From positions 32,001-96,000 of IMG/VR virus record IMGVR_UViG_3300013121_000024: 64,000 bases of DNA; one strand, given 5' to 3'. Source of the stretch: a virus (taxonomy: Duplodnaviria; Caudoviricetes). Position numbers and translations under genes: made by a program. Shown one piece after another: positions 41,346 to 50,740 of the stretch (position 1 is the stretch's first letter; every line of letters starts with the position of its first letter). Below the pieces are notes generated by a model, which saw nothing but the letters and a program-made list of their open reading frames with translations, did no database searches and was not told the DNA's origin.

Positions 41346-41374
41346 AATATATACCAGCCTGTTGTCTATGTCAA
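41346..41374 (-). promoter_or_regulatory. Sigma70-like promoter heading the ncRNA/DUF2828 unit
   Basis: TTGACA-N17-TATATT. Confidence 0.7.
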
Positions 41375-41409
41375 CCACTCTTTTTTCTCTTTGGTTTCAA
41401 GTGGTTAGA

Positions 41410-41487
41410 TGGTGCTTGACCCTGGAATTGAACCCGGACCTTCTGTTCTTCAGACAGACGTGCTGGGACCACCCACACCCGTCAAGC
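41410..41487 (-). tRNA. tRNA-Phe(GAA)
   Basis: Loop CTGAAGA, CCA. Confidence 0.8.
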
Positions 41488-41493
41488 ATTATT

Positions 41494-41569
41494 TGGTACC
41501 TACGGTCGGACTCGAACCGACACTGTGAGGATTTTAAGTCCCCTGACTCTACCTTTGGCCTACGTAGGC
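41494..41569 (-). tRNA. tRNA-Leu(UAA), short variable loop
   Basis: Loop CTTAAAA, A73-CCA. Confidence 0.85.
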
Positions 41570-41571
41570 AT

Positions 41572-41648
41572 TGGTACTCGCGGTCGGACTCGAACCGACA
41601 CTGTACAGGGTTTGAATCTGTTGCCTCCTACCTTTGGGCTACACGAGC
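41572..41648 (-). tRNA. tRNA-Leu(CAA), short variable loop
   Basis: Loop TTCAAAC, A73-CCA. Confidence 0.8.
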
Positions 41649-41674
41649 ATATATTAGAAAATGGATGGGGAAAG

Positions 41675-41749
41675 TGGATGGAGAGGAAAGATTCGAACTT
41701 TCATCTTCCTGATTCAAAGTCAGGCTTCCTACCATTAGAAGACTCTCCA
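41675..41749 (-). tRNA. tRNA-Gln(UUG)
   Basis: Loop CTTTGAA, CCA. Confidence 0.85.
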
Positions 41750-42228
41750 ATATTTCTTTCTTCCCAATGTAAAATTCTGTGACAGTTTGAACACAAAACA
41801 ATACACTTTTCTATTTCTTTCAAAATAGTATTTCGCCAATGTAAAATTCTGTGACAGTTTGAACACAAAACAATACACTTTTCTATTTCTTTCAAAATAG
41901 TATTTCGCGAGACCCCCTTATTTAGGGCACTGCCAATATCAAAGTCTTTAGAGCTTGAATCTGCATGATGAAAATCGATTGTAGCTATATGGTTTTGTCC
42001 ACATTTAACACAGGTTAAAGTAGACTTATATTCATTTAACCATTCTTGATTTCTTTTTCGTTTTGTTTTATTTCTTTCAAAGTAGTAATCTTTATTTAAT
42101 CGATAGTGTTGCTTACTATCTTGTTTTGTACAATTTTTACACGTCTTCGATTTTTTACCTAATTTCTTATTTCGAAAATTAAATTCACATTCATTCTTTT
42201 CTTGATTACATCTAATGCATATTGACAT
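41701..42228 (-). mobile_element. Free-standing HNH homing endonuclease within the tRNA cluster
   Basis: CxxC...CxxC N-terminus, CVKCG...IDFHH...KCIVLCSNCHR..H; lies between two tRNA-Gln genes. Confidence 0.75.
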
Positions 42229-42296
42229 ATACAGACTCCGAATAATTGGATATCTGTATATTTATCAGCTTTGAACTCTTAATAAGATTCAGATCC

Positions 42297-42372
42297 TGGA
42301 TCCAGGAGTTGGAATCGAACCAACATTCTCATGCTTCAGAGGCACGCTTCCTACCAATTAGAAGACCCTGGA
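42297..42372 (-). tRNA. tRNA-Gln(CUG)
   Basis: Loop CTCTGAA, CCA. Confidence 0.85.
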
Positions 42373-42604
42373 GAAAAATAGTATTTATACTTTCTTGATT
42401 TCAGCCCGAAGAAAAAGATAGTCCTCGTTCTCACAATTAAGGAAAACGGCACTAGCCTCAGGATCCATCTTTACATAAACATAATCTTCACTAATGTCAG
42501 TGATTACTCCTCGAAACCCCGTAGTATACTGAATGTTGCAATAGTTCACAATTTCAATTCGATCACCAGGATTAAAATCATTAATAGACGTCATGTGTTG
42601 TCCT

Positions 42605-43156
42605 TCATCTCTTATCTTGTTGCCAAATGAAAATAACCGTAGCACCAACCACGAGTCCTTCTACCGTTTTGGTAAAAACCTTATACGAGCCGTCACCAAA
42701 CCCAGTAGAGGAAGAAACTCCAAAATCACCGATGATACCACCGGTAAAATAATCTTCATCTCCTTTCGCGGTCTCATTGTGTGTTGCATTACATACTGTG
42801 AAGTAAAAACCTTTATGGTTATCATATTCGAATTCTTCTGGCAAGACTGGATACTTGGAATCATCAAAAAATCCGAATTGACCAGAGTCAACTCCTAAAG
42901 ATTCCTCAATTTGTTTCCAACCTTCCTTTTGCAATTCATAAGGATAGTCCTCGGTTGCAGCCAAGGCCTCATGCATCACCGTAAGGGATAAGACCCTCTT
43001 GCCCCACCAAGTTTTGTCCGTATCGTAAAAGGCCTTCCATGTGCCCCTTCGCACATTAGGAATTACCTCTGCGCCGGTCGTATCTCTTTTATAACACGGA
43101 TCGGTGGCCCGAAGTAACCCGGACTCCACAACGAATTCACCAATATCTCTGATCAT
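42605..43156 (-). CDS. DUF4241-like hypothetical protein
   Basis: SG.L..TDPCY...GVDSGQFGFFD...GFGDGSY. Confidence 0.55.
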   Translation of the reverse strand: MIRDIGEFVVESGLLRATDPCYKRDTTGAEVIPNVRRGTWKAFYDTDKTWWGKRVLSLTVMHEALAATEDYPYELQKEGWKQIEESLGVDSGQFGFFDDSKYPVLPEEFEYDNHKGFYFTVCNATHNETAKGDEDYFTGGIIGDFGVSSSTGFGDGSYKVFTKTVEGLVVGATVIFIWQQDKR

Positions 43157-43174
43157 AATAAATTCCTTTTATAC

Positions 43175-43249
43175 TGGTGGACAAGCGGGGAATCGAACCC
43201 CGACCTTCGGAATGCCATTCCGAAATGCTCCCGTTATCACCACAAGCCC
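43175..43249 (-). tRNA. tRNA-Ala(GGC)
   Basis: Loop ATGGCAT, G3:U70, CCA. Confidence 0.8.
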
Positions 43250-43791
43250 AGGGAACGTCAACGCTTGGCGGCTTTCTTCATAAGCTCCATAGAATTCAGT
43301 GCCGAGGCCACATTATGGATAGACATCTTGTATAGGCGGCCATCGGCCAACTTCCTAACCAGGATAGGAATTTTACGGGCCTTCATCTTATAGCCGTAAA
43401 TCTCGAATTCCTCGCCAAGATAATTGAGCTTAGTTCCACGTTTCGGCAAAATGCCACTCATTTGCTGCATCTTGTCATAATCAACGCACACCTGGTCGAT
43501 AACCTTACCAGTCTTATCGACATTGGTCGGAACCAATTCGATACGTACCGTACAACGTTCGGTATCAAATCGAGCCCGGTACGTTGCCGAAAGTCCATAC
43601 GACTTCAACAAGCCGGCCAGATTTTTCTCCACGTCCGACATCACGGACTTAACAGTACCGCGATCAAACTTATTCACAGCCGTCATGTGTGTTTTCCTTG
43701 TCATCATGTTCTATCTGTTTTTCAGTTTCTTCAATATAAGCCCGATCGATGCGCCTGTCAAGCCTTTAAAAACTCAATATTTTCAATTAGA

Positions 43792-43880
43792 TGGCGGAAG
43801 GCGGACTATTCGAAAGCCAATCCGGTTAAGGACCCACACGCTTAGCAGGCGGTGACGACAACCCTGCCGTTTCACCTTCC
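43792..43880 (-). tRNA. tRNA-Ser(GCU)
   Basis: Loop CTGCTAA, V-arm, G73-CCA. Confidence 0.85.
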
Positions 43881-44267
43881 ATCTAACACCATAAAATCAT
43901 AGTGGAGTAATCTGAATTCTCCATACACGGACCTTACAATCTTCTCTACTCTCAATATCACTACAAAGATTTCCAGGAGACATTAGGTCCTTTACTTCCC
44001 TATAAGATTCCAGTATAGTTGCTTTGGTCATCTTATTTTCCAGTAAGTAGGATTGATCCTCCTTTACTACAACAAACCTATCTCCAAAAGATTTACTTGA
44101 AGCCACAAGTATATAGCCAGCTTGGTTTTTTATCCTCATGTTACATTGTTACACCTCCATGTCTCGATGTATGTTTGTAGAATTGTGTAGAGTTATTTAT
44201 ATTGCATCGCAACATAAAAGTCAACCACCAAAATTAACATGCGGTAACAATAGGTTGTAAATAAGAA

Positions 44268-44665
44268 GGACCGGATCGTTATATCCAAAGCGATCCGGTC
44301 CCGGGTGTCACGAATTGCAAGTAGTCTCGGCGTTTAATGACAATAATCAAGCTGATAGTAAACGTTTTTCCACTAAACTATGCCTGCATAACGGTAAAGT
44401 ATTTTGGAGCAGGCAATTGGATTCGAACCAATGTATTTTTCTATTAGTCATCGTCACTTAGATAGACCACACGTGACGAATACTAAGCTTAGGGTGAATA
44501 GACTAAATTTAATGTGAGAATAATTCCAGGGGAATTTCTGTCTACCATTCCAGCACTCCCCTACCAATACTACCGACAATACCAGTGGTATTGGTAGGGG
44601 AGGTAGGATTTGAACCTACACACTCTCGATTTTAGTTTTACACTAAGTCTAAGCTTGTACCCTTT
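44268..44665 (-). ncRNA. ~400-nt structured RNA with two circularly permuted tRNA-like domains
   Basis: T-arm > acceptor 3' strand + CCA > loop > acceptor 5' strand > D-arm at 44619-44538 and 44432-44364; terminal hairpin 44301-44268. Confidence 0.65.
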
Positions 44666-44673
44666 TTAAACTT

Positions 44674-45408
44674 TTATGTGAACAGATAATTGAACACCAA
44701 CTCACCAACATTTGGTGATTTAACCTCATCGACACCATTGGCAGCTTCTCTGGCCTCTTTTATGGCATTAAGGAGTTTTTCCACTTTATCCAATAATTTG
44801 GTTTTTTCAGTTTTAGCTATAGCACCAGAAGTCTTTGTCGAGTGCCAATAACCAACAATTTCATCTTCGGTAATTAACTGGGTCTGGGCTGGATGTTCCG
44901 GTGTAGAAGGATACAAAACAATTGGTTTCTGTATCTTCTTTGTTCTGTGTGTCTGACTGGTATCGGACACGAACAGTCCAGAATTTGCATCTGTCTTCCA
45001 GACATCATTTCCATCAAGAACAGGAAGGTTTCCGATAAACGTCCTCATATCCGTGAGAGATTTCTCCAAGAATAAAAGGTAGCTCACTGGAACCTGCGAC
45101 AAAATGAGAAAACCATCAACAACCACATCGGACTTGGCCTCACAATTTGTCCAATCCTTACGCGCGGTCACTGCCATAAGCTCTGTAAGGTTCTTGGAGA
45201 CAGTTTTTATGATATCTGGAACTGTATACTGCACTCTCTTGGTTTCCGGAGGAAACGTCTCACCTTCTTCATTGATACGGTTGTAAACTCTTGTAACACC
45301 AGAAAATAAATCCGGCTTCTGAATGATTTTATTCATTTCTGTTAACTGGCCGTAAACTCTGGATTTAACACCCTTTTCAATAGCAATAATTTGGTTTAAT
45401 TTTGACAT
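44674..45408 (-). CDS. Conserved phage coiled-coil protein of unknown function (KLNQIIA.EKG.KS family)
   Basis: MSKLNQIIAIEKGVKSR...KDWTNC.AK.DVVVDG...VPVSYLLFLEK.L...LPVLD...RTKK...HPAQ...SGA...AIK.ARE.AN. Confidence 0.7.
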   Translation of the reverse strand: MSKLNQIIAIEKGVKSRVYGQLTEMNKIIQKPDLFSGVTRVYNRINEEGETFPPETKRVQYTVPDIIKTVSKNLTELMAVTARKDWTNCEAKSDVVVDGFLILSQVPVSYLLFLEKSLTDMRTFIGNLPVLDGNDVWKTDANSGLFVSDTSQTHRTKKIQKPIVLYPSTPEHPAQTQLITEDEIVGYWHSTKTSGAIAKTEKTKLLDKVEKLLNAIKEAREAANGVDEVKSPNVGELVFNYLFT

Positions 45409-45421
45409 TTTTTAATTCTCC

Positions 45422-45670
45422 TCACTCACATATTGTAATAGTTGTAAAAAGTTGATACATTTCTGGATCCCAAAAGTCCAGAGCCTCTTGTGGATAAATT
45501 TGTACGGATCCTGGTTCATAAGCACTTTCCACAGCTATGCCATAGGGAGTAAGTGTAGTGGAATAAAACCCACACACAGTTCCTCTCCAAGAAGAACCTC
45601 TCTTTTTCTGAACACAATCTCCCAATTTATACAGCCAACCATTTGAACGTGTTAATACTGAATCAGTCAC
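45422..45670 (-). CDS. R67-DHFR-like SH3 small protein
   Basis: GD.V.KK.GSSW.G.VCGFYST.LTP.G.AVES...PGSVQIYP..AL resembles type II (R67) dihydrofolate reductase. Confidence 0.65.
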   Translation of the reverse strand: MTDSVLTRSNGWLYKLGDCVQKKRGSSWRGTVCGFYSTTLTPYGIAVESAYEPGSVQIYPQEALDFWDPEMYQLFTTITICE

Positions 45671-45811
45671 AACATCATCTCCAAACTTGTCTAACTTATT
45701 AACATATGCACATCATGTCACACTATACCTGCCGTGTCAACCAACAAACTTACATTTTGCATAATTATTAGATAGGTTTCTTTTCATTATCGGTAATATT
45801 TTTTAGTGTAT

Positions 45812-47383
45812 TTATTTTACCATCATATTATCACCAACCACCAGAACGTCTAGTGCACTCGAATCAAAAAGTGTCTTGGCATCTTCAGGACTTGCTGCTA
45901 TAGGCTTACCATCCACATTTAAACTGGTATTTAACACCATAGGTATACCAGTTTTTTCACTAAACTTTGTAATGAGGTCACGGTATATAGCCGTTTCTGG
46001 GCCATCGCCTACTGTTTGGTGCCGACATGTTCCGTCCAAGTGTGTGACTGCCGGAAAGTCCGAGCACTTAAATTTAGCAACATAAAGCATATACGGAGAC
46101 TCGTGGGGAAAATCAAAGTACTTGTCCGAATGTTCTTTCAACACAGAGGCGCCAAATGGACGGTAGGGTTCTCTCCTTTTAACCTTGGAATTGATAATGT
46201 CCTTTCCATTGACGATAGAAGGATCCATGAGTATGGACCTGTTACCAAGAGCACGTGGACCCAGTTCTCCGTGTCCCTGGTACCAACCTACAATTTTACC
46301 TTGTGCCAGGTACTCAGCCGTCTTTTCAATAGTTCTTTTGTATGGACTATATTCTGGAGCAACATCCGATTGCCAATATGGAAATCCAGGCTTATAGAAT
46401 TTGGGTTGTTTAAAAATACGCCGCAATAATTCTACACAGCCAAGTGAAATTCCATCATCTGGACAGTGTGGTGGAATTATAACGTTGGGTATTTTCTTTC
46501 TTATAACTGAATTTAAACAGGTATTTTGTGCTACTCCACCAGAATAAGAACAGACACTATTTACATTATTCATGTGCTTTTCAAAAAATCTAGGGAGTGT
46601 TTCTTCACCAAACAGGTGCAATAACTGTGACATATTAGCCGCTTTTTGAAAATTCTCCATGGGAGACGCCGATTTATTAAACGGATAACTATATTCCACA
46701 TGATGTCTCTGTATTAAATCACCGAATTCCAACATCTGATTAAATCCGTATAATCCAAGCATGCTTCTCAAATTTTCCAAAACATGTGGAGGAATATTGT
46801 GAAGGGCTTGTAAAGCCATCATCTTACCGGAGAAATCCAGTGCCATACCTTTCATTCCCGAAAGTTCGGCCCAGTTTTCTAGTGCTTTAGGAATACTTCC
46901 TGTGTGTAAACTTAAGAATTCAATAAGTTCGTCATCTTTAAACACGGAAGTATGTCGCACATGATCCCCCTCACCATCTACAACAAAACTATATTTAACA
47001 CTCTCAGGATCAACCATCGGCCATAGGGATAATGTATGTGCATAATGATGATCTATTACATAAACAGGACCGTGGAATCCAGACCAAAATGGATTCTTAT
47101 ACTTGTCAATCTCTTGCCATAATACATCTGGTCTATCAAATCCAACAACCTGATGTCTGTCATTGGAAGGATTGATGCATATAGCATCAATATCGCTATC
47201 TTGTATTCCAAATACTTTACGCGCATGAATGATAATATCAGGAACATCATTGTCGGTATTAGTACCATCATATAGAAAATGTTTGACTTGGAGATTTCTC
47301 TCCAATTTCATATACTTAATTTCTTTACCATTAGTATAAGTAACATTAGCATCATGACCATTACGTATGCCAAGAAATCTCAT
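45812..47383 (-). CDS. NodU/CmcH-type carbamoyltransferase
   Basis: GHDA, LER, HHYAH, DGEGD, GKMMAL, SGGVAQN, DDGISLG, ELGPRALGNRSIL, KRREPYRPF, H.DGTCR.QT, LNTSLN. Confidence 0.9.
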   Translation of the reverse strand: MRFLGIRNGHDANVTYTNGKEIKYMKLERNLQVKHFLYDGTNTDNDVPDIIIHARKVFGIQDSDIDAICINPSNDRHQVVGFDRPDVLWQEIDKYKNPFWSGFHGPVYVIDHHYAHTLSLWPMVDPESVKYSFVVDGEGDHVRHTSVFKDDELIEFLSLHTGSIPKALENWAELSGMKGMALDFSGKMMALQALHNIPPHVLENLRSMLGLYGFNQMLEFGDLIQRHHVEYSYPFNKSASPMENFQKAANMSQLLHLFGEETLPRFFEKHMNNVNSVCSYSGGVAQNTCLNSVIRKKIPNVIIPPHCPDDGISLGCVELLRRIFKQPKFYKPGFPYWQSDVAPEYSPYKRTIEKTAEYLAQGKIVGWYQGHGELGPRALGNRSILMDPSIVNGKDIINSKVKRREPYRPFGASVLKEHSDKYFDFPHESPYMLYVAKFKCSDFPAVTHLDGTCRHQTVGDGPETAIYRDLITKFSEKTGIPMVLNTSLNVDGKPIAASPEDAKTLFDSSALDVLVVGDNMMVK

Positions 47384-47400
47384 TTAATAAATCCTCATTT

Positions 47401-47820
47401 TCAACTTATTCTATTTATATTTATTCCCTTTAGGTGTTTTTTGGCAATCCTGGTCATAAACCAATCATTGTAATAATCATCGCGTGGAATAGCATGGTTA
47501 ACCAATTGCTCATATGTCTCCCAATAATTCATCTCAGACTTTGTTTTACACAAATAAAGAATTTCACGTCTAAAATTAATTTCACCGAGCACTCTTACAT
47601 CCTCGGCTAATACTTTATTGCTACCAAAATACGACTTCCAATCATCGCTGGCAACCAGCACTTTAATTTTTTTCTTATTCTTTTGTCGAGTTTTCTTGTA
47701 ACTAAATTTTTTCTGACCAATATATTTCATACCATTTGATAAGTTAGTAATAACATACACGAATCCTAAATTATCGGCAATCATATCTTTGGTAAACTCT
47801 TTTCCATTATATAACCACAT
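47401..47820 (-). CDS. GIY-YIG (Seg-like) endonuclease
   Basis: GFVYVITN..NGMKYIGQK...Y.GS...FRREIL...E...YYN. Confidence 0.75.
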   Translation of the reverse strand: MWLYNGKEFTKDMIADNLGFVYVITNLSNGMKYIGQKKFSYKKTRQKNKKKIKVLVASDDWKSYFGSNKVLAEDVRVLGEINFRREILYLCKTKSEMNYWETYEQLVNHAIPRDDYYNDWFMTRIAKKHLKGININRIS

Positions 47821-47837
47821 TATGACTTATTTCTCCG

Positions 47838-47845
47838 TATAAATA
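47838..47845 (+). promoter_or_regulatory. T4 late promoter TATAAATA
   Basis: Exact consensus 40 bp upstream of the 47886 ORF. Confidence 0.65.
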
Positions 47846-47885
47846 CACGGAGTATTTAGCAAGAATTACTGGAGAAGACAGTCGG

Positions 47886-48701
47886 ATGAAATGGCAACCA
47901 CGGCCAGAAGAAGGTATAGCCGGAAAAATAAAAAACAAGATGATAACACCACTTGTGAAAAATAATCTTCCAGATAGAGCCAGACGATTGATCGTGGCTA
48001 TTGGTGCGGCCGGCCGCAGCTTAGATTCAAAAAGGCCAAACAACAAAGGCATGAGAAATGTGGCCATACAATACCTTAAAAATAAGGGGCGTTTGGTATC
48101 TGAGGATTCAAAAGTAGTCAAGTCCGTAAATATGAAAAGACAACTCAGAATGGGCCGGAAGGTAGAACATGAACACACCAAGGGCCTACCACCAAAAGAG
48201 GCCAATCTGGTGGCCGATAAGATAGCTCATGACCATGTGTCGGAGTTTCCCGACTACTATACCCGACTGAAAACCATGGAAAAGAAGGCCAAAAAAGACT
48301 GGAATATCAAAGAAAATCTACACACGGCCATAGGAAAAGCAGAAACTATTAGTAGACTAGCCAAAAGAGCAACCAAAGCCTACTATTTTGCCAGTCCTAA
48401 GAATTCGGTAGGTAAAACGGTTGGTTATGCCCTTGGTGCATATGGAGCTATTGGAGCTGGTTTTCTTATGCATCCGGCAGTGGGGGCCGGTTTGGCCGCG
48501 GCCTCAGAATTAGGAGGACTTGTAAATGCGGCCAGAGTGGTAAAAAACGATTTATCACACATAACAAAAATGACATTACAATCTGGAAAAAGGAACAATA
48601 AAAATTCGTATTTGCATTCCAGTAGTTCCGACCGAATCAAAAAACTTTTGGATTATGTCCGTGACAAAGTAAAGAATAAGTTACCGAGAAACCCGGTTTA
48701 A
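47886..48701 (+). CDS. Late basic protein with DUF5661-like domain
   Basis: LRMGRKVEHEHT...KIAHDHVSEFPDYYTRLK.ME; late promoter upstream. Confidence 0.6.
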   Translation: MKWQPRPEEGIAGKIKNKMITPLVKNNLPDRARRLIVAIGAAGRSLDSKRPNNKGMRNVAIQYLKNKGRLVSEDSKVVKSVNMKRQLRMGRKVEHEHTKGLPPKEANLVADKIAHDHVSEFPDYYTRLKTMEKKAKKDWNIKENLHTAIGKAETISRLAKRATKAYYFASPKNSVGKTVGYALGAYGAIGAGFLMHPAVGAGLAAASELGGLVNAARVVKNDLSHITKMTLQSGKRNNKNSYLHSSSSDRIKKLLDYVRDKVKNKLPRNPV

Positions 48702-49280
48702 TCATCGTATTCTTTATACCGTTCCTTTATAAATGCGTCATAGACAGGATCCACTCCAGTACATTCTTCCAACACATCACAATCATGATCCTCAAAAGCA
48801 TCCACGATATCAGTATAAATTGCCATCCTTGCTTTGGGGCATTTCACATGTTTATACAAGGAATCAATTATACTGTCCATTAGTCTTCCACCACTATTCC
48901 AACCCATATTTTAATCCTTTATCTCACGTCCAAAAATCCTAAGGTGTTGTTCTTTTAAACTGTCTCGTAACAGATTATTGTTTCTTATTTGGGCCTCTGT
49001 ATTCCTTATGGCACCTTCAGATATTGCTTCCTGTACTTTCGGACTATCCACATCGATGATTCCAACAAAACCCATATTACTATTATCAAACAATTTTGAA
49101 TCAAAATCCTTGAATTTAAGTTCTGTATCATTTTCATAGCGCTTGGCCATAGAAGATATGGAGTTTTTTACATTATCAACATAATTCATCCGGTATTTGG
49201 CATCCCAGGCACGGGAATATTTGGATAATAGGGTTATCATCCGATCGTGTTTAGGCATCAACTCTAATAATAAATCCATG

Positions 49281-49853
49281 TTATTGTCCTTTTTTCATAT
49301 ATTTCTTATAGGCCTCAATCCAATTTTCGGAAATAGCCTTCTGTGCTTCCTCCAGTGTAATTTCACCCTTGCAAACCAAAGAATGTAGTCTGTTTTCAAG
49401 TCCATCTTTTTTCCTGGCATGCCAATCAGGAAGTTTATATGACTGGGGCCATAGATTCTTTATACTGTTCGATCCGCCTAATTGTAGTGATATTAAATGA
49501 TCTATCTCATAAGAGCCAAATTCACCCTTTATGTTATAAGAATCGAATACTTGTTTTTTAGTGGAATTGGATACATTTCTCACAGAGGCCGAATATCCAC
49601 TAGTACAAATATTTTCCTTGGTCGATTCTATCATTATATCGCCTGGTGTAAAATTCCTATTTGGAAGATAAGGATATGACAACAAATTTACAGTATCAGT
49701 AATTTTAGATTGTGGCAGACTTAATGGACCGCCTACATTTTGATCCGTATCATCAGAAGGCACGATAAAATACAACAAAGAAAATACTATGAAAAATGTT
49801 AACAAGAAAATACTTACTTTATCTCTTTTTTCTTGAATGTTGTTTGGATGCAT
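49281..49853 (-). CDS. Membrane-anchored HNH-like protein
   Basis: N-terminal TM segment; TPG...IC..GY...VR...YEIDHLISLQLGGSN..KNLWPQ...KD.LEN.LH.LVC. Confidence 0.65.
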   Translation of the reverse strand: MHPNNIQEKRDKVSIFLLTFFIVFSLLYFIVPSDDTDQNVGGPLSLPQSKITDTVNLLSYPYLPNRNFTPGDIMIESTKENICTSGYSASVRNVSNSTKKQVFDSYNIKGEFGSYEIDHLISLQLGGSNSIKNLWPQSYKLPDWHARKKDGLENRLHSLVCKGEITLEEAQKAISENWIEAYKKYMKKGQ

Positions 49854-50740
49854 TTTTGGTTTTCCTCTTCACAGCCTGTTTCATTGTATTAGATTTGGGT
49901 TTTTTGGTTATTTTTGTTTTTGTTTTTCTAGGTTTTTTGGTTGGTCTGTCAGGAACAGTAGAATCCAATTTTGTTGTGGACCTCGGTTCCTGTTCTTTCG
50001 GTGGTAATATAATTGGCGGCAAATCTGGATTTTGCACAGGAACAACTACTGTATTTTTTCCTATGCCCAAATATTGTTGACCAGTTCTGGCGGACAATAT
50101 TTTGGCCTCCATTTCTACACTATCAATCATGTCCTGTATTTTGGAGTGTAAATCCAATTCAACATGTGAAGGACGAGACTTAATTTTTTCATACATTGCA
50201 GTGATAGGATCCCGTCCATTCACATTCTTCAATTGTGTTCGTATAGGGTGCTTTTCTTCTAGTTTATTTGGCATTCATCACCTTAAAATATATTCTGGAG
50301 ACTCCTTGACCTCCAATATAATACCATTCATTAAATAGACAATGGTAATATTTTCCTTTCCTTCAATGGTGCTAGTGTGTGCACCCACTATAGCCGACCT
50401 TCTAAATCTACCTTGTACAGGATCCTCCTTTAGAAGTGTTAATATTATGATATCATCCGGTTGCTTTTTCTTTCCAAGCACTTCATCTTCAATATTTGCA
50501 ACAGTAACCATCTTTCATTTACTCCTTTTTTTGTTAAGATTTAGTTTCATCGTACAGTGAACATTGTAAGGACCTCATCTTCCAAGTGGGAAGATGTGTC
50601 TCCTCCCACTTTTTGATTAGGTTTGGTATTTCAATAAAGCACTCCTCCAAGTTAGAGGCGCTTTCATTTTTCAGTGGGAAATCCCTACAATCCATAGGAT
50701 TTGTGGCCAAACATGCATTAATTATAAAGAATAACATGAT

